64,000 nt of DNA, from positions 298,405-362,404 of the forward strand of contig OY969557.1 in the NCBI GenBank assembly GCA_963701025.1. Reading direction: 5' to 3'. This stretch comes from an uncultured bacterium. GTDB lineage: Bacteria; Patescibacteriota; Minisyncoccia; Phycocordibacterales; PALSA-1337. A program made the position numbers and the translations under genes. Under the pieces are notes generated by a model. The model searched no databases. It saw only the letters and a list, made by a program, of their open reading frames with translations, and was not told where the DNA came from. Below are positions 9,119 through 18,495 of the stretch, piece after piece (within the stretch, counting starts at the first letter, position 1; every line of letters starts with the position of its first letter).

Positions 9119-10678
9119 ATGGCAACGGCTCAAACCGCAATTAGCAAAGATGGCATTTCGACCATAGCTTCGGAGGGCAACCTGAAGTGGATGATCCTCC
9201 TCACGGTCATCATCGGCACGTTCCTCGGCCGCCTGGATCAGACTGTGGTCAACTTGGCCATCCCGAAGATCATCGACGGCTTCGGCATCACCGTCTCGTC
9301 GGCGAGCTGGATCGTCACCGCCTATATCATCGCCAACGCCGTCTTCGTGCCGATCTGGGGCAAGCTCGGCGACACCATCGGCAGGAAGAAAGTCTATCTG
9401 ATCGGCTTCGGCGTCTTCATCATAGGATCCATCCTGGCCGGTTTGGCCTGGAACCTGGGATCAATGGTAGTCTTCCGCATCATACAGGCCATAGCGAGCT
9501 CGGCCGACTACCCGACGGCCATGGCCATCATCGCCGTCACCTTCCGCGAGCCTAAGGCGCGCGGCCAGGCCCTCGGCATCTGGTCGTCGGCATTCGCCTC
9601 GTCGGCGGTCTTCGGTCCGCTCATCGGAGGCCCGCTCATCGACCTTTTCGGCTGGCGCTCGGTTTTCCTGATCAACATCCCCATCGGCATCATCGGCATA
9701 TTCATGGCCATCGCCTACATCCACGAGTCCGTAGCCGAACGGAAGACGGTCAAATTCGACTGGTGGGGCTCGATGACCCTGGGCGTCGCCCTCGGCTTCC
9801 TCGTGCTTATCCTCGACAAAGGCATGGAATGGGGATGGACTTCCGGAGCGGCCTTGGGCTCGTATGCTTTGATCGTCCTTTCGGGGATATTGTTCTGGTG
9901 GATCGAGAAGCGCCATCCGGAGCCGGTGGTGGACTTCTCATTCTTCAAGAATTGGACCTTCAACGGCGCTTTGCTCAATAATTTCATACTCTTCCTGGCC
10001 ATGATGGGCAGCGTTTACGCCATACCGATATTCGCCCAGACATTCCTCGGCTATGACGCCACGCAGTCGGGATTGCTTTTCGTGCCTATGGGCCTCTGCA
10101 TCCCTCTGTCAGCCGGCATCATAGGCAGATATCTCATGAACAAGAATGTCTCTTCGCGCAAGATAATATTCTGGAGCACAGCCGGCGGCGCTTTGGCATT
10201 CTTCTTCCTGTCGTTCATCGACCCGCGCTCGACTGCCTTCGACCTTTACGCACCGCTCACCGTCATGGCCGTATTCATGGGCTTCGGCATGGGTCCCCGA
10301 ACGAACGCCATCGCAGCGGCGGTGCCGCCCTCGGAGATCGGCGTGGCTTCTTCGATCCTGGCTCTAGTCCGCAATATCGGCGGGGCTTTCGGCATCGCCA
10401 TATTCGCCACCCTCGTGAGCACCTTCAGCGAGAGCAACGCCATCGCCCTCTCGCAAAACAGCATCATACGCGCGATCACGCCGGCCGAGCATGCCACCGC
10501 CGTCGCTTTGATCGAGCTCAAAGCCCAGGTCATGGCCTATTCGGAGATATATATGATCGCCGCCGTGCTCGTCCTTCTCGGCGCTTTCACGGTCTTTCTC
10601 ATGAAAAAAGACCCCGCACCGGGGGCCGCGCGAGCTCATCTCTCAAAAGAAGAAGGGGCGATGCTGGAGGCGGGGTAG
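9119..10678 (+). CDS. DHA2 (EmrB/QacA) MFS efflux transporter
   Basis: LDQTVVNLAIP, WGKLGDTIGRKK motif A, GPLIGG, WRSVFLINIPIG and ~14 TM segments. Confidence 0.93.
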   Translation: MATAQTAISKDGISTIASEGNLKWMILLTVIIGTFLGRLDQTVVNLAIPKIIDGFGITVSSASWIVTAYIIANAVFVPIWGKLGDTIGRKKVYLIGFGVFIIGSILAGLAWNLGSMVVFRIIQAIASSADYPTAMAIIAVTFREPKARGQALGIWSSAFASSAVFGPLIGGPLIDLFGWRSVFLINIPIGIIGIFMAIAYIHESVAERKTVKFDWWGSMTLGVALGFLVLILDKGMEWGWTSGAALGSYALIVLSGILFWWIEKRHPEPVVDFSFFKNWTFNGALLNNFILFLAMMGSVYAIPIFAQTFLGYDATQSGLLFVPMGLCIPLSAGIIGRYLMNKNVSSRKIIFWSTAGGALAFFFLSFIDPRSTAFDLYAPLTVMAVFMGFGMGPRTNAIAAAVPPSEIGVASSILALVRNIGGAFGIAIFATLVSTFSESNAIALSQNSIIRAITPAEHATAVALIELKAQVMAYSEIYMIAAVLVLLGAFTVFLMKKDPAPGAARAHLSKEEGAMLEAG

Positions 10679-10688
10679 AAAAATTCGC

Positions 10689-10716
10689 TTGACAGTAAAG
10701 TTAGTTGGTATATACT
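10689..10716 (+). promoter_or_regulatory. Sigma70-like promoter facing the 3' end of the NYN gene
   Basis: TTGACA (10689)-16 nt-TATACT (10711). Confidence 0.5.
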
Positions 10717-10720
10717 TTAC

Positions 10721-11299
10721 CTACGATACCTCGCCGGGCAATGTGCCCGGTTTTTCCGTTATTGGACCGTTTTCATGTTTAATACGTTCCACCTGATTCC
10801 TGATCGAGTCTAGACTGATGAACCAAGACCCAATCCTTATTTCCCATGCACAGTTATTCTTATAAGCGACAAATTTTACATGCTTCTGTTTTCCAACTAT
10901 ATTATTTTTAGTCCTGATAAAATCACTGTCTCCGCTACAAATATAAACGATGTCCAGATCATCTAGGTCTTTCATGATTTCGTCATGCATTTCGACGTCA
11001 AAATTGCATTTATTGCGAAACCCCGATTTTGAAGACTCGTTTTTCAATTTTTTCAAGTCTTTTGAGGTTATCTCATATCCAATATTTTCAAAATATTTCT
11101 CCAAAGCCGCGTTGATAGTCCGTGCGGGTTCGTGCGTCGGCCTGCCTATATACATACGCGCATGAACGATCTTATTAAGCACCGCAACCCATTTATAGAG
11201 CTTATGATAATCGGTCATCCAGCCGGAAGCTTTTCCGCGCTTGTAAAGATTAGAATCATCTACATACAAACCTGCCTTGGGCCTCGCTGGAATAGTCAT
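10721..11299 (-). CDS. NYN domain (LabA/DUF88, PIN-like) putative ribonuclease
   Basis: YVDDSNLY, NKCNFDVEM and SGDSDF acidic motifs; AT-richer than flanking genes. Confidence 0.9.
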   Translation of the reverse strand: MTIPARPKAGLYVDDSNLYKRGKASGWMTDYHKLYKWVAVLNKIVHARMYIGRPTHEPARTINAALEKYFENIGYEITSKDLKKLKNESSKSGFRNKCNFDVEMHDEIMKDLDDLDIVYICSGDSDFIRTKNNIVGKQKHVKFVAYKNNCAWEIRIGSWFISLDSIRNQVERIKHENGPITEKPGTLPGEVS

Positions 11300-11389
11300 G
11301 TGTATTCAAATAATTAATTGGTAAAATTTTTAAAGAGCCGGAACCATTCTAACAAAAAAGAGCTCGCGCCCTTTTGCTGTTACCGGTTA

Positions 11390-11417
11390 ATTATATGTGC
11401 GATATTTTTGTCGTCAA
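11390..11417 (-). promoter_or_regulatory. Sigma70-like promoter for the NYN gene
   Basis: On minus strand TTGACG-16 nt-TATAAT. Confidence 0.55.
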
Positions 11418-11469
11418 TATTGACTAGTGTTATTTAAGTTGTGACTGATTATATAACTTTATTCAGCCA

Positions 11470-11502
11470 AAAAGAAAAGCCCCGCTTGTGCAAGGGCTCT
11501 TC
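11470..11502 (-). terminator. Intrinsic terminator ending the candidate ncRNA
   Basis: Minus strand AAGAGCCCTTGCACAAGCGGGGCTTTTCTTTTT: GC stem followed by a U tract. Confidence 0.7.
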
Positions 11503-11858
11503 GGCTTATGTCTGATTTTTTAGTCGTACTACGGACTACCGTAGATTAAGGATGGATTTTCTTCCATCACGTTTACGTCAGACCACCGGGAAAAAAGACT
11601 CCCGAACTCTGCTAGTTGCTTACTACAGCCTGGTCTTCAGATTCACCGGAAATTGCTGCATCCGGACATTACTGAAGTTGTTACCAGCTTTTGTCTCACC
11701 TCGTCTTCTTGTCACTTAGGTGATTATGTAGCTCAAGCAACTATCCTGTTTTCCGAGGCCAACAACGTTGGACCGCAACAGGCAACTCATAAACCTGGGT
11801 TTCCTTGGTTTTACCAAGCGGGACCAGATAACCCGAAATCAATGAACTTACCTTTATG
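11470..11858 (-). ncRNA. Candidate large structured non-coding RNA (~380 nt), family not recognised
   Basis: Bounded by a consensus promoter and a terminator, with more than 10 complementary helices, 5'/3' end pairing and no credible ORF on this strand. Confidence 0.72.
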
Positions 11859-11863
11859 CGCCC

Positions 11864-11891
11864 AGTATAGCATACCCACAGAATTTGTCAA
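11864..11891 (-). promoter_or_regulatory. Extended -10 sigma70 promoter of the candidate ncRNA
   Basis: Minus strand TTGACA-16 nt-TATACT with TG one base upstream of the -10, followed by a boxA-like AGTTCATTGA. Confidence 0.7.
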
Positions 11892-11951
11892 GCACAAAAT
11901 CAACTTCCTGTGTATGAAAGCATAAATATGGCTCAAAATAAGCCTATTTTC

Positions 11952-12965
11952 CTACCGCTTCGCCAATATCGTCTTTTTATACACATCCAAATGATCGAGA
12001 GCGATACCGGTACCTTTTGCAACACACAATAGAGGATCTTCGGCCATAACGGCTTTTACACCCGTGCGGCGAAAGACGAGCTCGGGCAGATTGCGCAGAA
12101 GCGCCGTACCGCCGGTCAATATTATGCCGGCATCGATAATGTCAGAGGCCAATTCCGGAGGCGTCTCTTGCAATACGTCTTTAATGGCTTTGATCATGTC
12201 GCGCAATTCTTTGGTGATGGCTTTGACGATCTCATTGGTCTTGACCTCGGCCGAGCGCGGCAATCCGGTGATGAAATCGCGGCCTTTGACTTGCATGGCG
12301 AGCTCTGCATCGACAGGAATGGCCGAACCGATGGCGATCTTGATGTTCTCGGCCATGTGGTCGCCGATGGCCAGATTGAAGGTCTTTTTGACGTAGTCGG
12401 CGATGGCTGCGTCGAGCTTATTGCCAGCGCATTTGACCGAAGTCGATGAGACGATGCCGCCGAGCGATATGACGGCCACGTCGGTGGTGCCGCCGCCGAT
12501 GTCCACGACCATGTGGCCTCGTGCTTCCTGGATGGGTATGCCAGCGCCGATGGCGGCCAGGATAGGCTCCTTGACCACGTAGGCGTTCTTGGCACCGGCG
12601 CGGATGGCGGCCTCGATGACGGCGCGGCGCTCGGTCGAGGTCACCCCAGCGGGGACCGAGACCATGACGTCTGGTTTGAAGAGACTGAAGCGGCCGAGAG
12701 CCTTGTCGATGAAATAGCGGAGCATGGCCTCGGTCACGCGATAGTCGGCGATGACGCCGTCTTTCATCGGGCGATATGCCACGATGGTATCCGGGGTCCG
12801 ACCGACCATCTCCTTGGCCTCGACGCCGACGGCGAGGACTTTCTTGTCGACTTCCGATATGGCCACGACCGTCGGCTCGTTCAATATGATGCCCTTGCCC
12901 GGCAAAAAGACCAGCGTATTGGCCGTGCCGAGGTCGATGCCGAGCTTTGGCGAGAGAATGCTCAT
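11952..12965 (-). CDS. mreB: Second MreB/Mbl paralog
   Basis: GIDLGTANTLV, RPMKDGVIADY, DIGGGTTDVA and LTGGTALL. Confidence 0.95.
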   Translation of the reverse strand: MSILSPKLGIDLGTANTLVFLPGKGIILNEPTVVAISEVDKKVLAVGVEAKEMVGRTPDTIVAYRPMKDGVIADYRVTEAMLRYFIDKALGRFSLFKPDVMVSVPAGVTSTERRAVIEAAIRAGAKNAYVVKEPILAAIGAGIPIQEARGHMVVDIGGGTTDVAVISLGGIVSSTSVKCAGNKLDAAIADYVKKTFNLAIGDHMAENIKIAIGSAIPVDAELAMQVKGRDFITGLPRSAEVKTNEIVKAITKELRDMIKAIKDVLQETPPELASDIIDAGIILTGGTALLRNLPELVFRRTGVKAVMAEDPLLCVAKGTGIALDHLDVYKKTILAKR

Positions 12966-13033
12966 AGGGAATGACTTTATCACATGAGGCTGATCTTATC
13001 CACCCGACAGCGGATTTTGTCTTTAATGAATGA

Positions 13034-14365
13034 TTAACTTCTCTCAATCACCGCCCCCAATATTTGCAACCTTTCCTCCAGCTTTTCATACCCTCTGTCA
13101 ATGAGTTGGATATTATTCACCGTGAACTCCCCTTTTCCGATAAGCGCCGCGAGTACGATGGCGAAGCCGGCACGGATATCGTGGGCGCGGACTTCTCCGC
13201 CATCAGGTAATTCTTTGAAAATAGTCGGCCCGTGTATCCGTATCTCTTGATGGCCCACGAGAACGATATCAGCTCCCATCTTATTCAGATCTTCTATATA
13301 TTTGAATCTGCCTTCGAATATCGTCTCGACGACCGTGCTCTCCCCCTTCGTCTGGGTCAACAATACGACGAGCGGCGCCTGAAGATCAGTCGGAAATCCG
13401 GGATACTCGCTGGTTCGGATATCGAAAGGTTTTAGTGTAGTAGCCAGCTTTGCATTATTGATATGATTTGTGTTGTCGATATGGATAGAGCTTTGAGTGA
13501 GCTCGATATTCACACCCGACGCTTTCAACACATCAATGACCGAGCCAAGATGATCCGGACGGCAATCCTCGATAGTCAGCTCTTTGGCACACAACGCCCC
13601 CAATATGAGAAAACTACCGGCTTCTATGCGATCCGGAATTGCCGTATAGCATGGTCCTTTCGATGAGAGCAGATTTCCATTCGTGCCTTCGATCTCGATC
13701 ACCGGACTGCCAACGCCGCGTATCGTGGCGCCGCAGGCATTGAGCCATTCGGCCACGTTGACGATCTCCGGCTCCAGGGCACAGTTCGTAAGGACAGTCT
13801 TGCCCTTTCCGAGAACGGCAGCCATCATGAGGGTTTCAGTCGCTCCCACTGATTTCTTTTCAAAAGATACTCGTGTGCCGTTAAGACTCTCAGGCGCTTT
13901 GATCCGATATATGCATTTCTTCTCGTCAAGTGCCGTCACGGCCCCCATCTTCTCATACCCATTGATGAAGAGGTCTATCGGCCGGGCACCAATGACGCAA
14001 CCTCCGGGAGCCGGGAATGAGACCTTGCCGAATCGTCCCAGCATCGGACCCGTAAGCACCACCGAGGCGCGCATGGTTCCGGCAAGTTTCGGGTCGATGT
14101 CGGTCGACTTTATGGCGGACGAATCAATGACCAATGTGTGCGCGCCTTCTTTCGAGACAAACGCGCCGAGATCGCACAATATTTTTGACATAGTCTTGAT
14201 ATCATCGTTGTCCGGAACATTTTTTAGCGTAACAGGACCGTCAAACAGAATAGCGGCGGCCATGGCTTTCAGCGCCGCGTTCTTGGCGCCATTTATCCTG
14301 ACTGTGCCGCGGAGCTTTCTCTCGCCGGCAAGGCCGCGGATGACAAATGAAGGCGTAGCGGACAT
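13034..14365 (-). CDS. murA: UDP-N-acetylglucosamine 1-carboxyvinyltransferase
   Basis: GAKNAAL, MRASV, PGGCVIGARPID (active-site Cys), PDRIEAG, YPGFPTDLQ and DRGYE. Confidence 0.97.
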   Translation of the reverse strand: MSATPSFVIRGLAGERKLRGTVRINGAKNAALKAMAAAILFDGPVTLKNVPDNDDIKTMSKILCDLGAFVSKEGAHTLVIDSSAIKSTDIDPKLAGTMRASVVLTGPMLGRFGKVSFPAPGGCVIGARPIDLFINGYEKMGAVTALDEKKCIYRIKAPESLNGTRVSFEKKSVGATETLMMAAVLGKGKTVLTNCALEPEIVNVAEWLNACGATIRGVGSPVIEIEGTNGNLLSSKGPCYTAIPDRIEAGSFLILGALCAKELTIEDCRPDHLGSVIDVLKASGVNIELTQSSIHIDNTNHINNAKLATTLKPFDIRTSEYPGFPTDLQAPLVVLLTQTKGESTVVETIFEGRFKYIEDLNKMGADIVLVGHQEIRIHGPTIFKELPDGGEVRAHDIRAGFAIVLAALIGKGEFTVNNIQLIDRGYEKLEERLQILGAVIERS

Positions 14366-14408
14366 GTAGGCCATTATACATAATTTTACGCTGTGGTATA
14401 AATAACCC

Positions 14409-16409
14409 ATGAATCTGATAACCGTCATCCCCATCACCCGACAGAAGGTGGCCGGAACGCTCTCATATTTCACCGCGGCTGACGTACCCCTGGGCGCCAT
14501 AGTCTCTGTGCCGCTCCGATCCAAATCCATACACGCCATCGTGGCCTACTCCCGGCCGGCGGCGGACATGAAGAGCGAATTGCGAGCGGCGCCGTATGAG
14601 ATCCGAAAATTAGGCAAGGTCAAAGCCACGGTTTTCTTCCCTGCCCCGTTCATGGAGACATGCCGACTACTGGCCGAGCATTACGCGACGAATCCGGGGG
14701 CCATCATCGGTGCCCTTACGCCAGACTTCCTCATGGAGAACGCGCATAAGATACGCCCGCCTCTGGTTCCGGCTCACGTGGCGACCGATGAGACCTATGC
14801 CGTTCAAGGCGACGACGAAGACCGCATCGGCTCGTGGCGCAGTCTGATCAGGCAGGAATTCGCCAGGAAGAAATCAGTGGTGCTATACGCACCGACCGTC
14901 GAGGACGTGCGGATGCTCTTCGCGGCCCTCAATAAAGGCATCGAGGAATATATCTTCACTCTCCACGGAAAGCTTTCGGCAAAAGAGGCCGCGGCAACGT
15001 GGAAGAATATCGGAAAGTCGATCCATCCGGTCGTGGTCATAGCCACTGGCTCGTTCTCGCTTCTGCCGCGCTCCGACATAGAGACGGTCATCATAGAGCG
15101 AGAGAACGGCCGCGGCTGGATATCTCCCAAGGCTCCGTACGCCGATCTGCGCCGAGCGTTGGAGTCATACGCACGGGCCAACAAGCAGACAGTCTACCTC
15201 GCCGACTGCATGCTCCGGCTGGAGACGCTCGAGCGCCTGAACAAGGACGAGGTATCCCAGGGCTCACCGTTCAAGTGGCGATCCGTTTCCACGGCGGAAG
15301 ACATGCTCGTTGACATGAGGCGGAAAAAAAACGAGAAAGGAGCCGGAGACATGGAGCAAGAAGCGGACGATGAATCCGGGGAAGACGCGGCGGAAAAATC
15401 GGAAAAGAGGAAATTCCGCGCCATATCGCCGGAATTGGAGAATCTCATCCGGAGGAACCGCGACGAGAGCGCGCATCTTTTCATCTTCACTGTCCGCCGC
15501 GGGCTCTCGACCATGACCGTTTGCGACGATTGCGATACCGTCGTCGTCTGCGCCAACTGCTCGGCGCCGGTCGTCCTTCACGCTTCGAAGAGCCAGCCGC
15601 GCCAGGCAAACGACGGCAGAGACTCGACCGCCGGCGGACTGGCCGCGCATTTCTTCATGTGTCACAAGTGCGGCGCTCGCCGTAGCGCGGAGGAGGTCTG
15701 CGTCTCTTGCGGCTCCTGGCGTCTCTCGTCGCTCGGCATCGGCATTGAACGGGTGGAAGAAGAGATCCGTTCCTTGTTCCCCGACATAGACCTGTGGAAG
15801 ATCGACGCCGATTCGGTAAAGACGGACGCGGCCATCGCCGACATATTGGAAAAATGGCGCGCCCGGCCTGGAAGCGTCCTCCTAGGCACAGAGACTGCCA
15901 TGCTACACATAAAAGAAAAGGTTGATCACGTCGCCGTCGTTTCGATGGATTCACTCTTCGCACTACCGGACTTCCGAATAACGGAAAAGATCATGTACGC
16001 TCTGATACGCCTGCGTTCACTCGCCGCACGATCCATCTTAGTAGAGACCCGCCGCCCGGAAGAAAAAGTCTTCGAATACGGCCTCAAGGGCAACTTGAGC
16101 GATTTTTACCGCAGCGCGTTGGAGGAGCGGCGACAATTCGGCTATCCGCCGTTCCGTACGCTGATCAAGATGACCATCGAAGGCAAAAAAGACCCCATAG
16201 CCATACTCATGGCCGACATACGTACGAAGATCGAGCCGTACGATATAGACATCTTTCCGGCCTTCACGGCGACCGTGCGCGGCAATTCCATCATCCACGG
16301 ACTTATCAAGGTAGAACCATCCGCCTGGACGGACAAGGAGCTAGCGGCCACATTGCGCTCTTTGCCGCCGAACGTGAGCGTCAAAGTCGACCCGGAAAGC
16401 CTATTATGA
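14409..16409 (+). CDS. priA: Primosomal protein N' (degenerate helicase motifs)
   Basis: N-terminal 3'-binding domain (LSY...GAIVSVPL), four CxxC pairs, GIERVEEE and RRQFGYPPF. Confidence 0.9.
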   Translation: MNLITVIPITRQKVAGTLSYFTAADVPLGAIVSVPLRSKSIHAIVAYSRPAADMKSELRAAPYEIRKLGKVKATVFFPAPFMETCRLLAEHYATNPGAIIGALTPDFLMENAHKIRPPLVPAHVATDETYAVQGDDEDRIGSWRSLIRQEFARKKSVVLYAPTVEDVRMLFAALNKGIEEYIFTLHGKLSAKEAAATWKNIGKSIHPVVVIATGSFSLLPRSDIETVIIERENGRGWISPKAPYADLRRALESYARANKQTVYLADCMLRLETLERLNKDEVSQGSPFKWRSVSTAEDMLVDMRRKKNEKGAGDMEQEADDESGEDAAEKSEKRKFRAISPELENLIRRNRDESAHLFIFTVRRGLSTMTVCDDCDTVVVCANCSAPVVLHASKSQPRQANDGRDSTAGGLAAHFFMCHKCGARRSAEEVCVSCGSWRLSSLGIGIERVEEEIRSLFPDIDLWKIDADSVKTDAAIADILEKWRARPGSVLLGTETAMLHIKEKVDHVAVVSMDSLFALPDFRITEKIMYALIRLRSLAARSILVETRRPEEKVFEYGLKGNLSDFYRSALEERRQFGYPPFRTLIKMTIEGKKDPIAILMADIRTKIEPYDIDIFPAFTATVRGNSIIHGLIKVEPSAWTDKELAATLRSLPPNVSVKVDPESLL

Positions 16410-16424
16410 TACAGTCTTCCTGCC

Positions 16425-16955
16425 ATGCCCAACATTCTCCAACGCGACGATCCTTTCCTGCGCCATAAGGCCAAGCCCGTAAGCCCTTCCGACATCGGTT
16501 CGCCGAAATTGTCGAAAATATTGTCCGATATGCGGATGGCGATGTCCTCGCAGAAGGACGGCATCGCCATCGCGGCACCCCAGATCGGCGCTTCCTTGCA
16601 GATATTCGTGATATCCGGCCGTCTGCTCAAAAAAGCCGACAAAAAATACGCCGGGGACGAGACCGACCTCGTCTTCATAAACCCCAAGATAACCAAACTT
16701 TCGAAAGAAAAAAAACCTATGGAAGAAGGCTGTCTCTCCGTCCGCTGGCTCTACGGCAAAGTACCGCGCTCCACCCGGGCATCCATCACCGCCCTCAACG
16801 AAAAAGGCGAGAAGGTATCGCGCGGCGCCTCCGGACTTCTGGCCCAGATATTCCAGCACGAATGCGACCATCTGAACGGCATCCTTTTCACCGACAAGGC
16901 CCAGGAGGTCTGGGAGATGACGGAAGAGGAGATAAAGGAATTGCAGAAGAAATAA
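16425..16955 (+). CDS. def: Peptide deformylase
   Basis: GIAIAAPQIG, EGCLS and QHECDHLNG. Confidence 0.97.
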   Translation: MPNILQRDDPFLRHKAKPVSPSDIGSPKLSKILSDMRMAMSSQKDGIAIAAPQIGASLQIFVISGRLLKKADKKYAGDETDLVFINPKITKLSKEKKPMEEGCLSVRWLYGKVPRSTRASITALNEKGEKVSRGASGLLAQIFQHECDHLNGILFTDKAQEVWEMTEEEIKELQKK

Positions 16956-16978
16956 GATTTAAGATATACGATTTAAGA

Positions 16979-17917
16979 ATGGATAAGAATAAGAAAATAA
17001 AGTTCGCTTTCTTCGGCAGTTCACGGCTGTCGGCTATCGTCCTTGACGAGCTCGAACGCGCCGGATTCGTACCTACATGCATCGTGACGACGCCGGACAA
17101 GCCGAAGGGCCGCAAGCTCGCGATCGCGCCGAATATAGTCAAAGACTGGGCGACGAGGAAAGATATCCCCGTCTATGATCCGCCAAAGCTTGATCATGAT
17201 TTCATTGAAAAATTGAAGGCCGAACATTGCGATCTCTTCGTCGTCGCTTCATACGGCAAGATCATTCCCCAAGCCGTCATCGACCTACCGGCGCATAAGA
17301 TTTTGAATATACATCCCTCCCTCTTGCCTAAATATAGAGGCCCGTCTCCCCTGCCGAGCGCCATGCTGGATGATGAGAAGAAGACAGGCGTGACCATCAT
17401 ACGGCTCGACGCGGAAATGGATCATGGTCCGATCGTGGCCCATGAAGAAGTCGTCGTAGATGCATGGCCGACATACGAGGATTTCGAGGAGATGATGGCG
17501 CGGAGAGGCGCACGGCTATTGGCGAGGATATTGCCTGATTGGGTAGGAGGTAAGATAAAAGAGGTAGAGCAAGACCATTCCAAGGCTACTTATACAAAAA
17601 AGATAGTCAAAGAAGACGGTCTCATAGATGTCGTCGACTTAGCCTCGAATACGCCTCGTGAACGGGCCTATGCCGCCTTCCGAAAGATCCAGGCTTTTCA
17701 TGCCTGGCCGCAAGTCTATTTCTTCGTCGAACGTGGTGGCCGAGCCGACCGGCAGACAGGCAACGAGCAAAGCAAAAAGGTCCGCGTCAAGATAACCGGC
17801 GCTTCATTCGATGAAAAAGCCGCGCCCGGACACAGCGGTCTCATCATAGAGAAAGTCATTCCAGAGGGAAAGAAAGAGATGTCCTATCAGGATTTCTTAC
17901 GAGGACAGAGAAGCTGA
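16979..17917 (+). CDS. fmt: Methionyl-tRNA formyltransferase
   Basis: VTTPDKPKGR, NIHPSLLPKYRGPSP and MDHGPI; follows def. Confidence 0.96.
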   Translation: MDKNKKIKFAFFGSSRLSAIVLDELERAGFVPTCIVTTPDKPKGRKLAIAPNIVKDWATRKDIPVYDPPKLDHDFIEKLKAEHCDLFVVASYGKIIPQAVIDLPAHKILNIHPSLLPKYRGPSPLPSAMLDDEKKTGVTIIRLDAEMDHGPIVAHEEVVVDAWPTYEDFEEMMARRGARLLARILPDWVGGKIKEVEQDHSKATYTKKIVKEDGLIDVVDLASNTPRERAYAAFRKIQAFHAWPQVYFFVERGGRADRQTGNEQSKKVRVKITGASFDEKAAPGHSGLIIEKVIPEGKKEMSYQDFLRGQRS

Positions 17918-17935
17918 CTCCTTGAGCTCGTGCGA

Positions 17936-18307
17936 TCAATTCCTCCACGGCCACATGCCACGCATCATCTCCTTGACTCGCGTGCCACCGCGGCGGATGA
18001 ATGAGAGCTGTTTGCCTTTGCTTGCCTTGAGCTCGCGCAATATCTCGTCGCGCATGGCGTCGATGGCGGCGTAAAGATCCCTGTCTTCGGCGCTGGCATA
18101 GAGGTCCTTGCCTTTGCCCACGATATGAATCTCGGCGCGGAAGATGTCGCCTTTCTGGTGGTGCGCACTCGTCTTTCCCAGTTCGAGGTCGCATATGAAC
18201 GACGGGTCGCCGCCGAGAATCTTGCTGACGCTCGCCAGGCGTTTGTCCGCGTAATCCGATATGGCAGTGGTGAGCGATATGCCGGTCGTTTTGATGTTGA
18301 TGTTCAT
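17936..18307 (-). CDS. hpf: Ribosome hibernation factor HPF/RaiA (short form)
   Basis: MNINIKTTGISLTTAISDYADKRL, FRAEIHI and DLYAAID. Confidence 0.92.
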   Translation of the reverse strand: MNINIKTTGISLTTAISDYADKRLASVSKILGGDPSFICDLELGKTSAHHQKGDIFRAEIHIVGKGKDLYASAEDRDLYAAIDAMRDEILRELKASKGKQLSFIRRGGTRVKEMMRGMWPWRN

Positions 18308-18495
18308 TTGAAGAAAAATTAATGGAAAATGACGCGATCAGTATATCATGGAGATCGATATCAGTATTACTGCCGCCGTGATGACGCTGGTGCACACTAG
18401 AAGACGACCATGAGTTATTTTCCTTACGACAGGCATTTTGATTTCGAGTCTCCGATGTGCTACATTTTCTCATGTTCTTTCCGACAAAGAAACAT

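Noticed and set aside
11470-11858. RNase P RNA, tmRNA or group I intron as the identity of the structured region
   Set aside because: No GAGGAAAGUCC or AGAACCCGGCUUA pair in order, no tRNA-like ends or tag frame, and the GACUA/UAGUC segments are in the wrong order for P7. It is also not inside a gene.
11653-11925. 90-aa plus-strand ORF
   Set aside because: TTG start, no recognisable motif, and antisense to a promoter-terminator-bounded structured unit.
11952-12965. Second mreB as a novelty
   Set aside because: Multiple MreB paralogs are common in monoderm bacteria.
18310-18490. raiA-motif RNA upstream of hpf/raiA
   Set aside because: No convincing multi-helix structure; the space is accounted for by divergent promoters.
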